Shown here piece after piece: positions 28,254 to 36,513 of a stretch of DNA of 64,000 nucleotides (within the stretch, counting starts at the first letter, position 1; each line of letters opens with the position of its first letter). The DNA lies in the NCBI GenBank assembly GCA_035249605.1, contig DATFGI010000065.1, forward strand, positions 7,208 through 71,207, read 5' to 3'. A program made the position numbers and the translations under genes. This stretch comes from Acidimicrobiia bacterium (lineage in GTDB: Bacteria > Actinomycetota > Acidimicrobiia > Spongiisociales > ZC4RG35). The notes under the pieces are model-generated. The model made no database searches and was not told the DNA's origin. It saw only the letters and a list, made by a program, of their open reading frames with translations.

Positions 28254-28322
28254 CGTCGGGACGGTAACCAGTGCGCCTCTGGTCCCGGGTCAGGTCGGTG
28301 TCGGGTCGTTAACCTCCCGACG

Positions 28323-29177
28323 ATGGCTCCGCCCGTAACCGAATCAGCCCTGATCTTCCCGCTCGCCCAGCAGAGCTCCGGTGTGCGGGAGGCGCTGGTC
28401 GCCACCGCTGTCATCTTGGCGGTGGCGGTCCTCGTCTACTGGGTCGCCGGGTTCCTGGGCCGCCGTTTCGTCACCAGGGCAACCGACAAGGGCCAGGAGC
28501 GCGGGGCCCGGGCCACCACTCTGTGGACGGTGCTCCGACGGGTCATCCTGATCGCAGTCCTCTTCCTGGCTGTTCTCTTCATCTTCTCGGCCTGGGGGTG
28601 GAGCCTCGCCCCTTTCATCGGGTTGGGCACCGTCTTCGCCGCGGCGATCGGGTTCGGGGCCCAGGATCTCGTCAAGGACTTCCTCTCCGGGTTCTTCATC
28701 CTCATGGAGAACCAGTTCCAAATCGGCGACGTGGTGAAGATCGCAGACACCAGCGGGACAGTCGAAGACATCCAGCTCCGGGTGACCGTGCTCCGCGACT
28801 TCGAGGGAAACGCACATTTCGTGCCCAATGGGCAGATAACGGTGACCTCGAACTTCACCTCCAAGTACGCCCAGCCTGTGATCGACGTGAGCGTCGCCTA
28901 CGAAGCCGACGTGGACCGTGCCCTCGAGGTGTTCAGAGAAGAGTTGGGGCGCCTCGCCGAGGATCCCTACTTCGGGACGCTGATCACCGAGGAGCCCGAG
29001 GTTCTCGGTGTCAACGAGCTGCGTGAGTCCGCGGTTGTCCTCCGGGGAAGGTTCACCACGCTTGCCGACGCCCGGTGGGAGGTGCGCCGAGAGGCATTGC
29101 GCCGTGTGAAAAAGCGGTTCGAGGCGGAGGGCATATCAATCCCCTTTCCCCAGCTCACCATCAACCGCAAGGTCTGA
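28323..29177 (+). CDS. Small-conductance mechanosensitive channel (MscS family)
   Basis: GFGAQDLVKDFLSGFFILMENQFQIGDVV. Real start at ATG 28323; the upstream 329 codons of the 613-aa track ORF are antisense to the cyclase. Confidence 0.85.
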   Translation: MAPPVTESALIFPLAQQSSGVREALVATAVILAVAVLVYWVAGFLGRRFVTRATDKGQERGARATTLWTVLRRVILIAVLFLAVLFIFSAWGWSLAPFIGLGTVFAAAIGFGAQDLVKDFLSGFFILMENQFQIGDVVKIADTSGTVEDIQLRVTVLRDFEGNAHFVPNGQITVTSNFTSKYAQPVIDVSVAYEADVDRALEVFREELGRLAEDPYFGTLITEEPEVLGVNELRESAVVLRGRFTTLADARWEVRREALRRVKKRFEAEGISIPFPQLTINRKV

Positions 29178-30092
29178 TCAGGCAGCGCCCAGGACATTGA
29201 GGCTGTCGGGGGCCCACTCCACCACGCCACCGTCGACCAGGCCCAGACCCTCACCGTCGGCCTGGACGGCCACCGGTGGGTCGGCGGAAAACTCGAGACG
29301 GTCGATGCCAGGCCACAACTCGAATCCTCCGATACGGCCCAGATCACGGTGGAAGAGCGCGGCAAAGGAGATGGCGGGCACACGGCGACGCTTGAGACGC
29401 TCCATGACCAAGACCGACATCGGCTCGGGAGCTTCGTCGAAGCGCAGGGAGATCCTGCCGAAATAGGTATAGAGATCGCGGAACTGGATCAGGGCGGAGG
29501 TGCCTTTCATCCGGCGGCCGTCGGCGGCAAGATCGACGTGGGGCTTCACCGAGGGAAAGCGACCCAGGCCGACACCAAGGGCGGACCGGGCGTAGTGCAG
29601 CGAGCCAAACCTGTACTTGCGATAAGGGTCGGAGTCGGCCACCCGCACCACCTCGGCGTCGAGCCCGAGACCACAGGCGAACAAGGCGTAGTGAACGGTA
29701 TTGGTGTCGCCCCGGGTCATCTCGAGCCGTGCCGTTCCCACCAAGGCTGGGCGGGCACGGCCGATCAGGCGGGCGGCTTTCAACTGGCGAGAAGGGATGC
29801 CGAAGAGCCGGGCCGCGACATTGGTGGTGCCGGCGGGGATGATCCCCAGGGCCACGTCGGTGCCGACGAGGGCCTGCGCCACGTGATGCACGATGCCATC
29901 GCCCCCCATGGCCACCACCACCGTGGCGCCGTCGTCCATGGCGGACCTGGCGACCCTGGTGGACTCGCTGGCAGAGGCGGGCCACAGCGCTTCGACCTCA
30001 TGATCCTTGGCCAGCTCCGCCATGACCTCGCGATGGGAGCCTCCGGTGAATTGTGAGGCAATCGGGTTGGCTATGACTGCGATGCGGTCCAT
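29178..30092 (-). CDS. Diacylglycerol/lipid kinase (YegS/BmrU family)
   Basis: VVVAMGGDGIVHHV and LGIIPAGTTN. Its stop is back-to-back with the MscS stop (TGATCA). Confidence 0.85.
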   Translation of the reverse strand: MDRIAVIANPIASQFTGGSHREVMAELAKDHEVEALWPASASESTRVARSAMDDGATVVVAMGGDGIVHHVAQALVGTDVALGIIPAGTTNVAARLFGIPSRQLKAARLIGRARPALVGTARLEMTRGDTNTVHYALFACGLGLDAEVVRVADSDPYRKYRFGSLHYARSALGVGLGRFPSVKPHVDLAADGRRMKGTSALIQFRDLYTYFGRISLRFDEAPEPMSVLVMERLKRRRVPAISFAALFHRDLGRIGGFELWPGIDRLEFSADPPVAVQADGEGLGLVDGGVVEWAPDSLNVLGAA

Positions 30093-30127
30093 TGCCGGTT
30101 GACGGTACAGATGTACGCTCAGGGCCC

Positions 30128-31123
30128 ATGCCGGTCGACCCGCCCCTCGACTCCCAGGCCGACGAGCAAGGCGATGCCTTGTACAGCGTCGTCGCCGGAG
30201 AGGGCGACGGGTTCATGCTCGGCCTCGCCGCCGGGGACACCGCCGGTGGCGCCTGGGACCTGGGTTACTCGGCCACTACCGAGCAGGCCACGGTCCTCGC
30301 CTACGAGCTGATCGCCCGTCGGCGGCTCGACGCCGACCGGGTGGTCGCCTCCCTGCTCGAGTTGGACGGAGCGGCAGGCGGTGAGGAACCGGTGTTACGG
30401 GGCGAGAGCCAAGAGCTTCGCTCCTGGCTGGACCGGGCGCGCTCGGGGCCCGCCGAGCCGGGTGCCGAGCCGTCGCTCGACGCTGCCGCCCGCGGCCCGG
30501 TCGTCGGCGTCGCCTACCGGAGAGATCCGGAGGGTTTGGTCGACCAGACCATCGAGCTCGGTCGTCTCTTCCATACCGACGCCGCCACGGTCGCCGCAGG
30601 CGTGGCAGCCGCCGCAGCGGTGGCAGCGTCGTGCTTCGCTCAGTCAGGTCTCGATTTGATTGCCGGAGTGGGTGAGGTCCTCTCCGTCTCCTTGGAGAGC
30701 ATCGGGGAGGGACTGCAGGGAGCCGAGCACCTGGACGGGGTCCCGGCTCGGATCCGACGCCTCCTTCCAGAGGTGGGTCTGACCTCGGGCGACCAGGCTC
30801 TGGCCGCAGTCGGTGGCGATCGGGGCAACCCGCTGCAAATGGTGCTCGCCGGGCTGTTGCTGGCGGCGCCTGTGGCGAGCAGGCACCACGTCCCCATCTC
30901 CGAGGCGGCACGTCTGGGCGGGAGCCGCCTCGGTGCCATCGTCGGTGCCATCGTCGGTGCCCGCGTCGGGATCCGAGCCTGGCCATGGGCATTCGCCAAC
31001 GACACCTGGTTCGCCGAGATCGGGAGACGGCTGGTGAGGGGCCCGGACGAGGTCGCCGATCTCCCCATCCCCTACGCGGTGGAACAACACCTCATCTCTG
31101 GCGGACGCCCCGGTTTTCACTGA
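30128..31123 (+). CDS. ADP-ribosylglycohydrolase-like protein with degenerate metal-site motifs
   Basis: N-terminal MLGLAAGDTAGG (compare GDALG). C-terminal ARLGGSRLGAIVGAIVGARVG occupies the place of the GGDTDT..GAL.GA motif. Family assignment from memory. Confidence 0.4.
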   Translation: MPVDPPLDSQADEQGDALYSVVAGEGDGFMLGLAAGDTAGGAWDLGYSATTEQATVLAYELIARRRLDADRVVASLLELDGAAGGEEPVLRGESQELRSWLDRARSGPAEPGAEPSLDAAARGPVVGVAYRRDPEGLVDQTIELGRLFHTDAATVAAGVAAAAAVAASCFAQSGLDLIAGVGEVLSVSLESIGEGLQGAEHLDGVPARIRRLLPEVGLTSGDQALAAVGGDRGNPLQMVLAGLLLAAPVASRHHVPISEAARLGGSRLGAIVGAIVGARVGIRAWPWAFANDTWFAEIGRRLVRGPDEVADLPIPYAVEQHLISGGRPGFH

Positions 31124-31126
31124 TGT

Positions 31127-31343
31127 TTGTGAGGGGGAAGGACCCCCTCAGACCCCCCGCCGGGGCCTTCGGCCCCGGTTCCCCCCCGGCGTGGCCGTTC
31201 GTGACTTGTGAGGGGGACGATCCCCCTCAGACCCCCCGCCGGGGCCTTCGGCCCCGGTCCCTCGAGTGGCTCCCCGCGGGCCTAGTCCGGCCTTCCCCGC
31301 GGGCCTTTGGCCGAGGTTCCCTCGCGTGGCCTCCCGCCCGGGA
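31127..31343. repeat. Intergenic mosaic of tandem hairpin-bearing repeats (two 53-nt units, 79-nt period, plus degenerate copies)
   Basis: Units at 31127..31179 and 31206..31258. Each holds GAGGGGG-N5-CCCCCTC and CCGGGGCC-TTC-GGCCCCGG hairpins. The further repeats GGT(T)CCCTCG.GTGGC and CCCCGCGGGCCT extend to about 31343. The region lies between convergent genes. Confidence 0.8.
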
Positions 31344-31349
31344 GCACGC

Positions 31350-32630
31350 TCACATTGGAGAGGGTGACTCCCCGGAAACGAGCAGGTCCTCAGAGTGCCA
31401 TTCGCGCTCGTGGTCGTCGACGTCTCCCAGCACGAACCAACCGACCGCGATGAAGACGATGAGCGCCCCCATGGCGACACTCCTGGAAAGACCGGCCGCA
31501 TCGACGATCAGCGCCCATACCAGCGGCCCGGCGATGGTGGCGAAACGGCCCACCGTGGCATACAGCCCGTAGAACTCGCCGAGATGGCGCGGTGGCGAGA
31601 TGCGCACCATGACCACCCGGTCGCTGGCCCAGGTGGCGCCGAGGGCGAGCCCGCCCACCGGGCCTATCACCCAGGCGATCCCGGTCTGGCCGGTGACCGC
31701 GGCCGCTACCCCGGCAGCCATGGCAAGCATCCAGGCGACGAGGACGATTCGCAACACCCGCATCGGTCCGAAACGCTCGATGAAGGGGCCGGCGGCGATG
31801 CCCCCGAAGATCGCCGAGGTGATGGCCACGGCCATGAGGGCGGTGAAAAAGCCACGATCCAAGCCGAGCTCGTCGATGACGAAAATGGCGAGAAAGCCCC
31901 CGATCAGGGTGTTGATGGCGTCGGTGTAGAGAAAGCGGCCGACCAGGAACCTGACCACACCCCGATACCGGGAGGCGGTGCGCCAGGAGCCGGCCAGACG
32001 GGTGGCGATCCCCCGCACGGTGGGCAATGGCTCACCGGCGACGCCGGGACGCTCGGTGATGAACAGGAACGAGGGGATGGCGAAGACCAGAAAGGCGGCA
32101 GCGATGAGTCGGAAGGCGCCGGCGAAGCCCCAGCCGGCTACGTCGAGGGCGAGGAGACCCAGCCCGAGCCCGACGAATGAGCCCACGTAACCCACGCCGA
32201 CCCCGATGCCGGAGATGCGCCCGCGGGTCCGGGGCGTGCTGACATCGACGAGAAGTGCGTCGTAGACCACCGATCCCGTGTTCACCGCTACCACCGCCAG
32301 CCACAACATCAGCAGAGTGAGCCAGACCGGTCCCGCGACCAACGAGGCAGTGGCGGCCACGGCGAGGACCGTGGTCGCCATCAGCGTTGGCACCCGCCGA
32401 CCTTGAACATCGGAACGTGCCCCAGCCCACGGAGCCAGGAAGATCACCACCGCCGCCGCCGCCACCTGGACCCCGGCGAGGAAGCTGTCGGGATGTCCCT
32501 CGGACACGAGCCAATCCGAGAAATAGAGACCGACGACACCGAGGGCAAAGATGGTGTTGGCCAGGTCGTAGAGAACCCACGAGACGGTGGCCAGACGGTT
32601 GGGGCCGGTTCCGGCACCGGCGGAGATCAC
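31350..32630 (-). CDS. MFS transporter (UMF1/Atg22-like family)
   Basis: 426 aa, about 12 TM segments, N-terminal VSWVLYDLANTIFALGVVGLYF. Confidence 0.8.
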   Translation of the reverse strand: MISAGAGTGPNRLATVSWVLYDLANTIFALGVVGLYFSDWLVSEGHPDSFLAGVQVAAAAVVIFLAPWAGARSDVQGRRVPTLMATTVLAVAATASLVAGPVWLTLLMLWLAVVAVNTGSVVYDALLVDVSTPRTRGRISGIGVGVGYVGSFVGLGLGLLALDVAGWGFAGAFRLIAAAFLVFAIPSFLFITERPGVAGEPLPTVRGIATRLAGSWRTASRYRGVVRFLVGRFLYTDAINTLIGGFLAIFVIDELGLDRGFFTALMAVAITSAIFGGIAAGPFIERFGPMRVLRIVLVAWMLAMAAGVAAAVTGQTGIAWVIGPVGGLALGATWASDRVVMVRISPPRHLGEFYGLYATVGRFATIAGPLVWALIVDAAGLSRSVAMGALIVFIAVGWFVLGDVDDHEREWHSEDLLVSGESPSPM

Positions 32631-32633
32631 GGT

Positions 32634-33710
32634 CTAGAAGGTCACCGCGACCGAGATCAGCTCTTCCCGTCCCAGCAGCCCGGCGGCGGCCTGCAGCGCC
32701 CGGGAGGCTTCGGAGAGGGGAAATTGGTGCGACACCAGGTCGTCGATCCTGGGGTCGGTCTCCAGCTGGTTGGTGGCCCACTGGTATCCGACCGTGGTGG
32801 CGCCGACCGCGCCACGAACGGTGAGCTGCTTGGCCACGATCACGTCCGAGAGGAAATGGAACGCACGATTCCCCTTGGTCGAGGCCAGGATGACACGTCC
32901 CCCGCTGCGAACCAGGTCGAGGGCGGTGAAGACCGCCTCGGGGTCGTCCGAGGTGACGTCGATGACCACATCGGGGCGCCGGCCGATGGTGTCTGCCAGC
33001 TCGGCGGCCACATCGGTCCTCTCGACGTCGATGACGGTGTCGGCCCCGAGGCGCTTGGCCAGTTCGAGACGGTCGTGGTCGTGGCTGAGGCCGGCGATGC
33101 CCACCCAGCCGGCGCCGGCGGCCTTGGCGGCGATCAGACAGGCCAGCCCGCGCGGACCCGGGCCCAGGATGAGGACGTCTTCCCCGGCCTTCAGCGTGGG
33201 CAGCTCCACAGCCCAGGTGTGCCCCGATGCCAGCGGGTGCACGAAGGTTGCGACCTCGGAGGGGACGTCATCGGTGACAGGGTGGAGATAGGCGTTGGGA
33301 TCGAGGTAGAGGAGCTCGGCGAGGCCGCCCCACAGTCCGGGCGGCTCGATGGAGGCGATCATCCCGTACGAGTTGAATGGCTTCCGGCTGACGCAGGTCG
33401 CCAGGTTCTGTCGGCAACGGTGGCAGCGGCCACAACGTATCCGGGGCTCCACCACCACCCTGGTTCCCACCGAGTAGGGGACATTGGGCCCTTGTGTCGC
33501 GATTCTCCCCACCACCTCGTTACCGGGGACCAGTGGGTAGATCACGTCACGGGCCTCGCCCTTCCAGATCTGGACGTCTGAGCCCGACACCCCGGTGGCC
33601 TCGACGGCCAGCCAACCCCCCTGCTCTCCGCCGTCGGTCGATACCGAGGTCATGGTGAAGTGTCGAGGTTCAACGAGCATCATCGCACGAGCCGTGGAAC
33701 CTGCCTGCAT
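32634..33710 (-). CDS. Zinc-dependent medium-chain alcohol/polyol dehydrogenase
   Basis: PGNEVVG, the structural-Zn motif CGRCHRCRQNLATC, and the Rossmann segment ILGPGPRGL. Start at internal ATG 33710 (33683 also possible). The track's N-terminal extension overlaps the next gene. Confidence 0.85.
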   Translation of the reverse strand: MQAGSTARAMMLVEPRHFTMTSVSTDGGEQGGWLAVEATGVSGSDVQIWKGEARDVIYPLVPGNEVVGRIATQGPNVPYSVGTRVVVEPRIRCGRCHRCRQNLATCVSRKPFNSYGMIASIEPPGLWGGLAELLYLDPNAYLHPVTDDVPSEVATFVHPLASGHTWAVELPTLKAGEDVLILGPGPRGLACLIAAKAAGAGWVGIAGLSHDHDRLELAKRLGADTVIDVERTDVAAELADTIGRRPDVVIDVTSDDPEAVFTALDLVRSGGRVILASTKGNRAFHFLSDVIVAKQLTVRGAVGATTVGYQWATNQLETDPRIDDLVSHQFPLSEASRALQAAAGLLGREELISVAVTF

Positions 33711-33733
33711 CGCCGGGCGAGTGTAAACCCGAG

Positions 33734-34888
33734 TCAGATCCTTCCGAACATGGACAACATCCGGGAGACGCCTCTCTCCAAGTCGGCGTCGGATAGTGCG
33801 TAGGAGAGACGGAGGAAGCCGGGGGCGCCGAAGGACTCTCCGGGGACGACGGCGATCCCTTCCTCCTCGATCAGACCGTCGGCGAGGGCGGCCGACGTCG
33901 GATAGCGGTCGCCGAGGAGATCGCTGACCCCGGGAAAGACGTAGAACGCCCCCTGGGGCTCGACGCAACTGACGCCTGGAGCCTCCGAGAGCATGGCCAC
34001 CATGGTTTGGCGGCGCTTGTCGAAGGCCTCACGCATCGCCACCACCGTGTCCTGGGACCCGGTCAGTGCCTCGAGCGCGGCCAGCTGCGCCACGTTGTTC
34101 ACGTTCCCGGTGGCGTGCGACTGGTGGCGGGCGGCGGCGCCGACGACGTCCTCGGGGCCGATCATCCAGCCCACCCGCCAGCCGGTCATGGCGAAAGACT
34201 TGGCGACACCGTTGACGAGCACCACGTTCTCGAGCCCGGGAGTGACAGCGGCGATCGACGGCGCAACGTCGGCGTCGGCGTCGTAGACGAGACGCTGGTA
34301 GATCTCGTCGGCGACCACCCAAATGCCGTTGTCCCGGGCCCATTCGCCGATACGAGCGGCCTCCCCGGCGGTGTACACGGCACCGGTCGGGTTCGATGGG
34401 GAGACGAATACCAGCAGCTTGGTGCGGTCGGTCCGGTGCCGTTCCAGCTCTTCGATGCCGACCTTGAAACCCGAGGCGGGGTCGGTTGGCACGGAGACGG
34501 CCACGCCCCCGGCCAGCTCGATGCCTGAGGGGTAGGTCACCCAGTGCGGGGCGGGGAGCAGCGCCTCGTCACCGGGGTCGATGAGGGCGGCGAAGGTCTG
34601 GAAGATGGCCTGTTTCGCCCCGTTGCAGACCAATACCCGCCCCGGGGAGCTCTCCACCCCGGAGAAATTGGCGGCGTAGCCGACGATTGCCTCCCGCAAC
34701 GGCTGGAGCCCGGCGTTGGCCGTGTAATGGTGTGTGGTGGGGTCGGCCGCCGCCCGCTGAGCGGCGGAGACGATGTGCGCCGGTGTGGGGAAGTCGGGCT
34801 CGCCCGCCCCGAACGAGATCACATCCCGCCCGGCGGCGGCCATCTCCCGGGCCCGCGTGGCGATGGCAAGCGTCGCCGAGCCGGGCAC
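33734..34888 (-). CDS. Class I PLP-dependent aminotransferase (aspartate aminotransferase-like)
   Basis: FGAGEPDFPTP, SPSNPTG, VAKSFAMTGWRVGW. Confidence 0.9.
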   Translation of the reverse strand: MPGSATLAIATRAREMAAAGRDVISFGAGEPDFPTPAHIVSAAQRAAADPTTHHYTANAGLQPLREAIVGYAANFSGVESSPGRVLVCNGAKQAIFQTFAALIDPGDEALLPAPHWVTYPSGIELAGGVAVSVPTDPASGFKVGIEELERHRTDRTKLLVFVSPSNPTGAVYTAGEAARIGEWARDNGIWVVADEIYQRLVYDADADVAPSIAAVTPGLENVVLVNGVAKSFAMTGWRVGWMIGPEDVVGAAARHQSHATGNVNNVAQLAALEALTGSQDTVVAMREAFDKRRQTMVAMLSEAPGVSCVEPQGAFYVFPGVSDLLGDRYPTSAALADGLIEEEGIAVVPGESFGAPGFLRLSYALSDADLERGVSRMLSMFGRI

Positions 34889-34914
34889 TCGATCCAGACG
34901 ACGGGCAATGCGGC

Positions 34915-35295
34915 TCAGTCGCGTACCTCGTCGGCAGCGTCCTCGACCTTCTCCGCAGCGGTGTCGGCAGCCTCCTGCACCTTGTCTGCGGCGGTGTCCG
35001 CGGCACCCTTCATCTTGTCTGCGGCGGTGCCGGCGGCGTCCTTCACCTTCTCCGCTCCAGTGTCGGCCACGGACGCTCCCGACTCGGCGAGATTGTCCCG
35101 GGCGCCGGATGCCATGTCGGTGACCCTGTCACGAGCCCTCTCCACGTGGGGCTTGGCCTTCTCGGTCAGGTCGGCGGCGGTTTCCTTGGTCTTCTCCATG
35201 GCCTTCTCGACGTGGGGCTTGGCCTTCTCGGCCAGGTCGTCGGCGGTCTCCTTGGCGGTCCCGAACCACTTCTGCAGGGTTTCTTTGAATCCCAT
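34915..35295 (-). CDS. LEA-/apolipoprotein-like repeat protein (11-mer and 22-mer amphipathic repeats)
   Basis: MGFKETLQKWFG..., KAKPHVE x2, and AADKMKGAADT/AADKVQEAADT/AAEKVEDAADE. SD GGAGCGAAAGGA upstream of ATG 35295. Confidence 0.6.
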   Translation of the reverse strand: MGFKETLQKWFGTAKETADDLAEKAKPHVEKAMEKTKETAADLTEKAKPHVERARDRVTDMASGARDNLAESGASVADTGAEKVKDAAGTAADKMKGAADTAADKVQEAADTAAEKVEDAADEVRD

Positions 35296-35347
35296 GTGAG
35301 TCCTTTCGCTCCAGGTGAAGCGTAGATGACGACGGAGCACACGCTGG

Positions 35348-36145
35348 TCAGTATCTCCACCGGCTCACCACCGTGCCCGCGGGATCCTGGAGGAGGACGA
35401 CGTCACCGTCGTTGCTCCACACCGGGGACAGCCCGGGGGACCAGCCAGTGTCGGCGCTGGTGACCACAATGGAGGCTCCGGCATCCACGATCGTGCCCGG
35501 TGCGAAGCGAAAGCGGTGCCTGCTCGACTCGTCCCGGAGCGACCATCCGGAAAGGTCGACGGGAACATCCCCCCGGTTGACGACCACGATGAGCTCGGAG
35601 TCGAGAATCTCGCCATCGGGGCCCGCGGGGTCGACCACCGCCTGACCCTGGTCGATCTCCATCGGCGCCGGCTCGCCGACCGATCCGCACGCCCCACTCG
35701 CCCAAAGCCCGCGACGGTCTTGGTATGCCTCCTCCTCGGCGGCGATGAGCGAGGCCGCCTGGGGGTCGTCGTCATCGGCCGTTGTGGCCAATGCCAGCCC
35801 GCGGGCGACCAACTCGTGGTTGACGTGCAGATCGACGACGTGGAGGTGGGCCAGCACCCGGTCGAACTGGTCGCGCCCTGTGACCTGGAGACGCACCGAC
35901 TCTCCCTGGAGCGATCTCAGCCACTGCTCGGCATCGGCCGCCCCGCACTCGTCGTGCTCGGGGGCGTTGACACCCACGAGTCGGACCGTCCGGGCCGAGT
36001 CTTCGCCCTCGACCACCACGGTGTCGCCGTCGATCACGTCCACGATCTTCCCGGCCTCGGTGACGGTGGGCTCCGGGCTCTGAGTCGACACGGTCACACA
36101 GCCGGCCAGGAGCACGACCGAGCCGATGGCCCCGATCAGTCGGAT
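35348..36145 (-). CDS. Secreted/lipoprotein thermonuclease (SNase) fused to a lamin-tail domain (LTD)
   Basis: Lipobox VVLLAGC. SNase core VIDGDTVVV...VRLVGVNAPE...DRVLAHL. LTD-like ELIVVVNRGDVPVDLSGWSLRD. No canonical in-frame start lies near the signal peptide, so the 5' end is uncertain. Confidence 0.65.
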   Translation of the reverse strand: MRLIGAIGSVVLLAGCVTVSTQSPEPTVTEAGKIVDVIDGDTVVVEGEDSARTVRLVGVNAPEHDECGAADAEQWLRSLQGESVRLQVTGRDQFDRVLAHLHVVDLHVNHELVARGLALATTADDDDPQAASLIAAEEEAYQDRRGLWASGACGSVGEPAPMEIDQGQAVVDPAGPDGEILDSELIVVVNRGDVPVDLSGWSLRDESSRHRFRFAPGTIVDAGASIVVTSADTGWSPGLSPVWSNDGDVVLLQDPAGTVVSRWRY

Positions 36146-36513
36146 CGGCGCTCCCTGGTCATCTTCCGTCGTCTCTTGCGTCTCCGCCGGTAGACCGCCG
36201 AGCCGATCGCGGTGAGCACCAAAGTGACCAGAGCGGTGATCATCACCAGGAGGGCAACCGGCATCTGCCACGACCAGCCAAGGAAGTCGATCGTGGTGTC
36301 CTCGGCGTTCTGCACGGCGAAGACCACCAGGGCCACCGCCCAGATCATGAGGAGGATGGCTACCCAAGGGATGCCTTCTCTCGTGATTTCCGGGGCGAGC
36401 ACCGGATCCGCTTCCAGCTGGCTCTCTATGTCCCGGGCCTCGTCGTCGTCCACGGGCACAAGCCTATGCGTTGGGAGGCCTCCGGAAGCCGTTCTGTGAG
36501 GGTCTATGCACAC
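36136..36513 (-). CDS. LapA/DUF1049-like small membrane protein
   Basis: IPWVAILLMIWAVALVVFAVQNAEDTTIDFLGWSWQMPVALLVMITALVTLVL, then RRRRKRRRK. The start may be a downstream GTG (36459 or 36453). Confidence 0.55.
   Translation of the reverse strand: MCIDPHRTASGGLPTHRLVPVDDDEARDIESQLEADPVLAPEITREGIPWVAILLMIWAVALVVFAVQNAEDTTIDFLGWSWQMPVALLVMITALVTLVLTAIGSAVYRRRRKRRRKMTRERRSD

Noticed and set aside
27336-28322. N-terminal 329 codons of the 613-aa plus-strand ORF (27336..29177)
   Set aside because: This part is antisense to the well-supported adenylate cyclase. MscS homology begins only at the ATG at 28323.
31127-31343. CRISPR array
   Set aside because: There are only two good repeat units, the intervening sequence is itself repeat-related rather than unique spacer, and no cas genes are in the window.
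33711-33968. N-terminal extension of the alcohol dehydrogenase ORF (444 aa in the track)
   Set aside because: The extension is Arg-rich and overlaps the 3' end of the aminotransferase gene. MDR-family homology starts near the internal Met (33710 or 33683).
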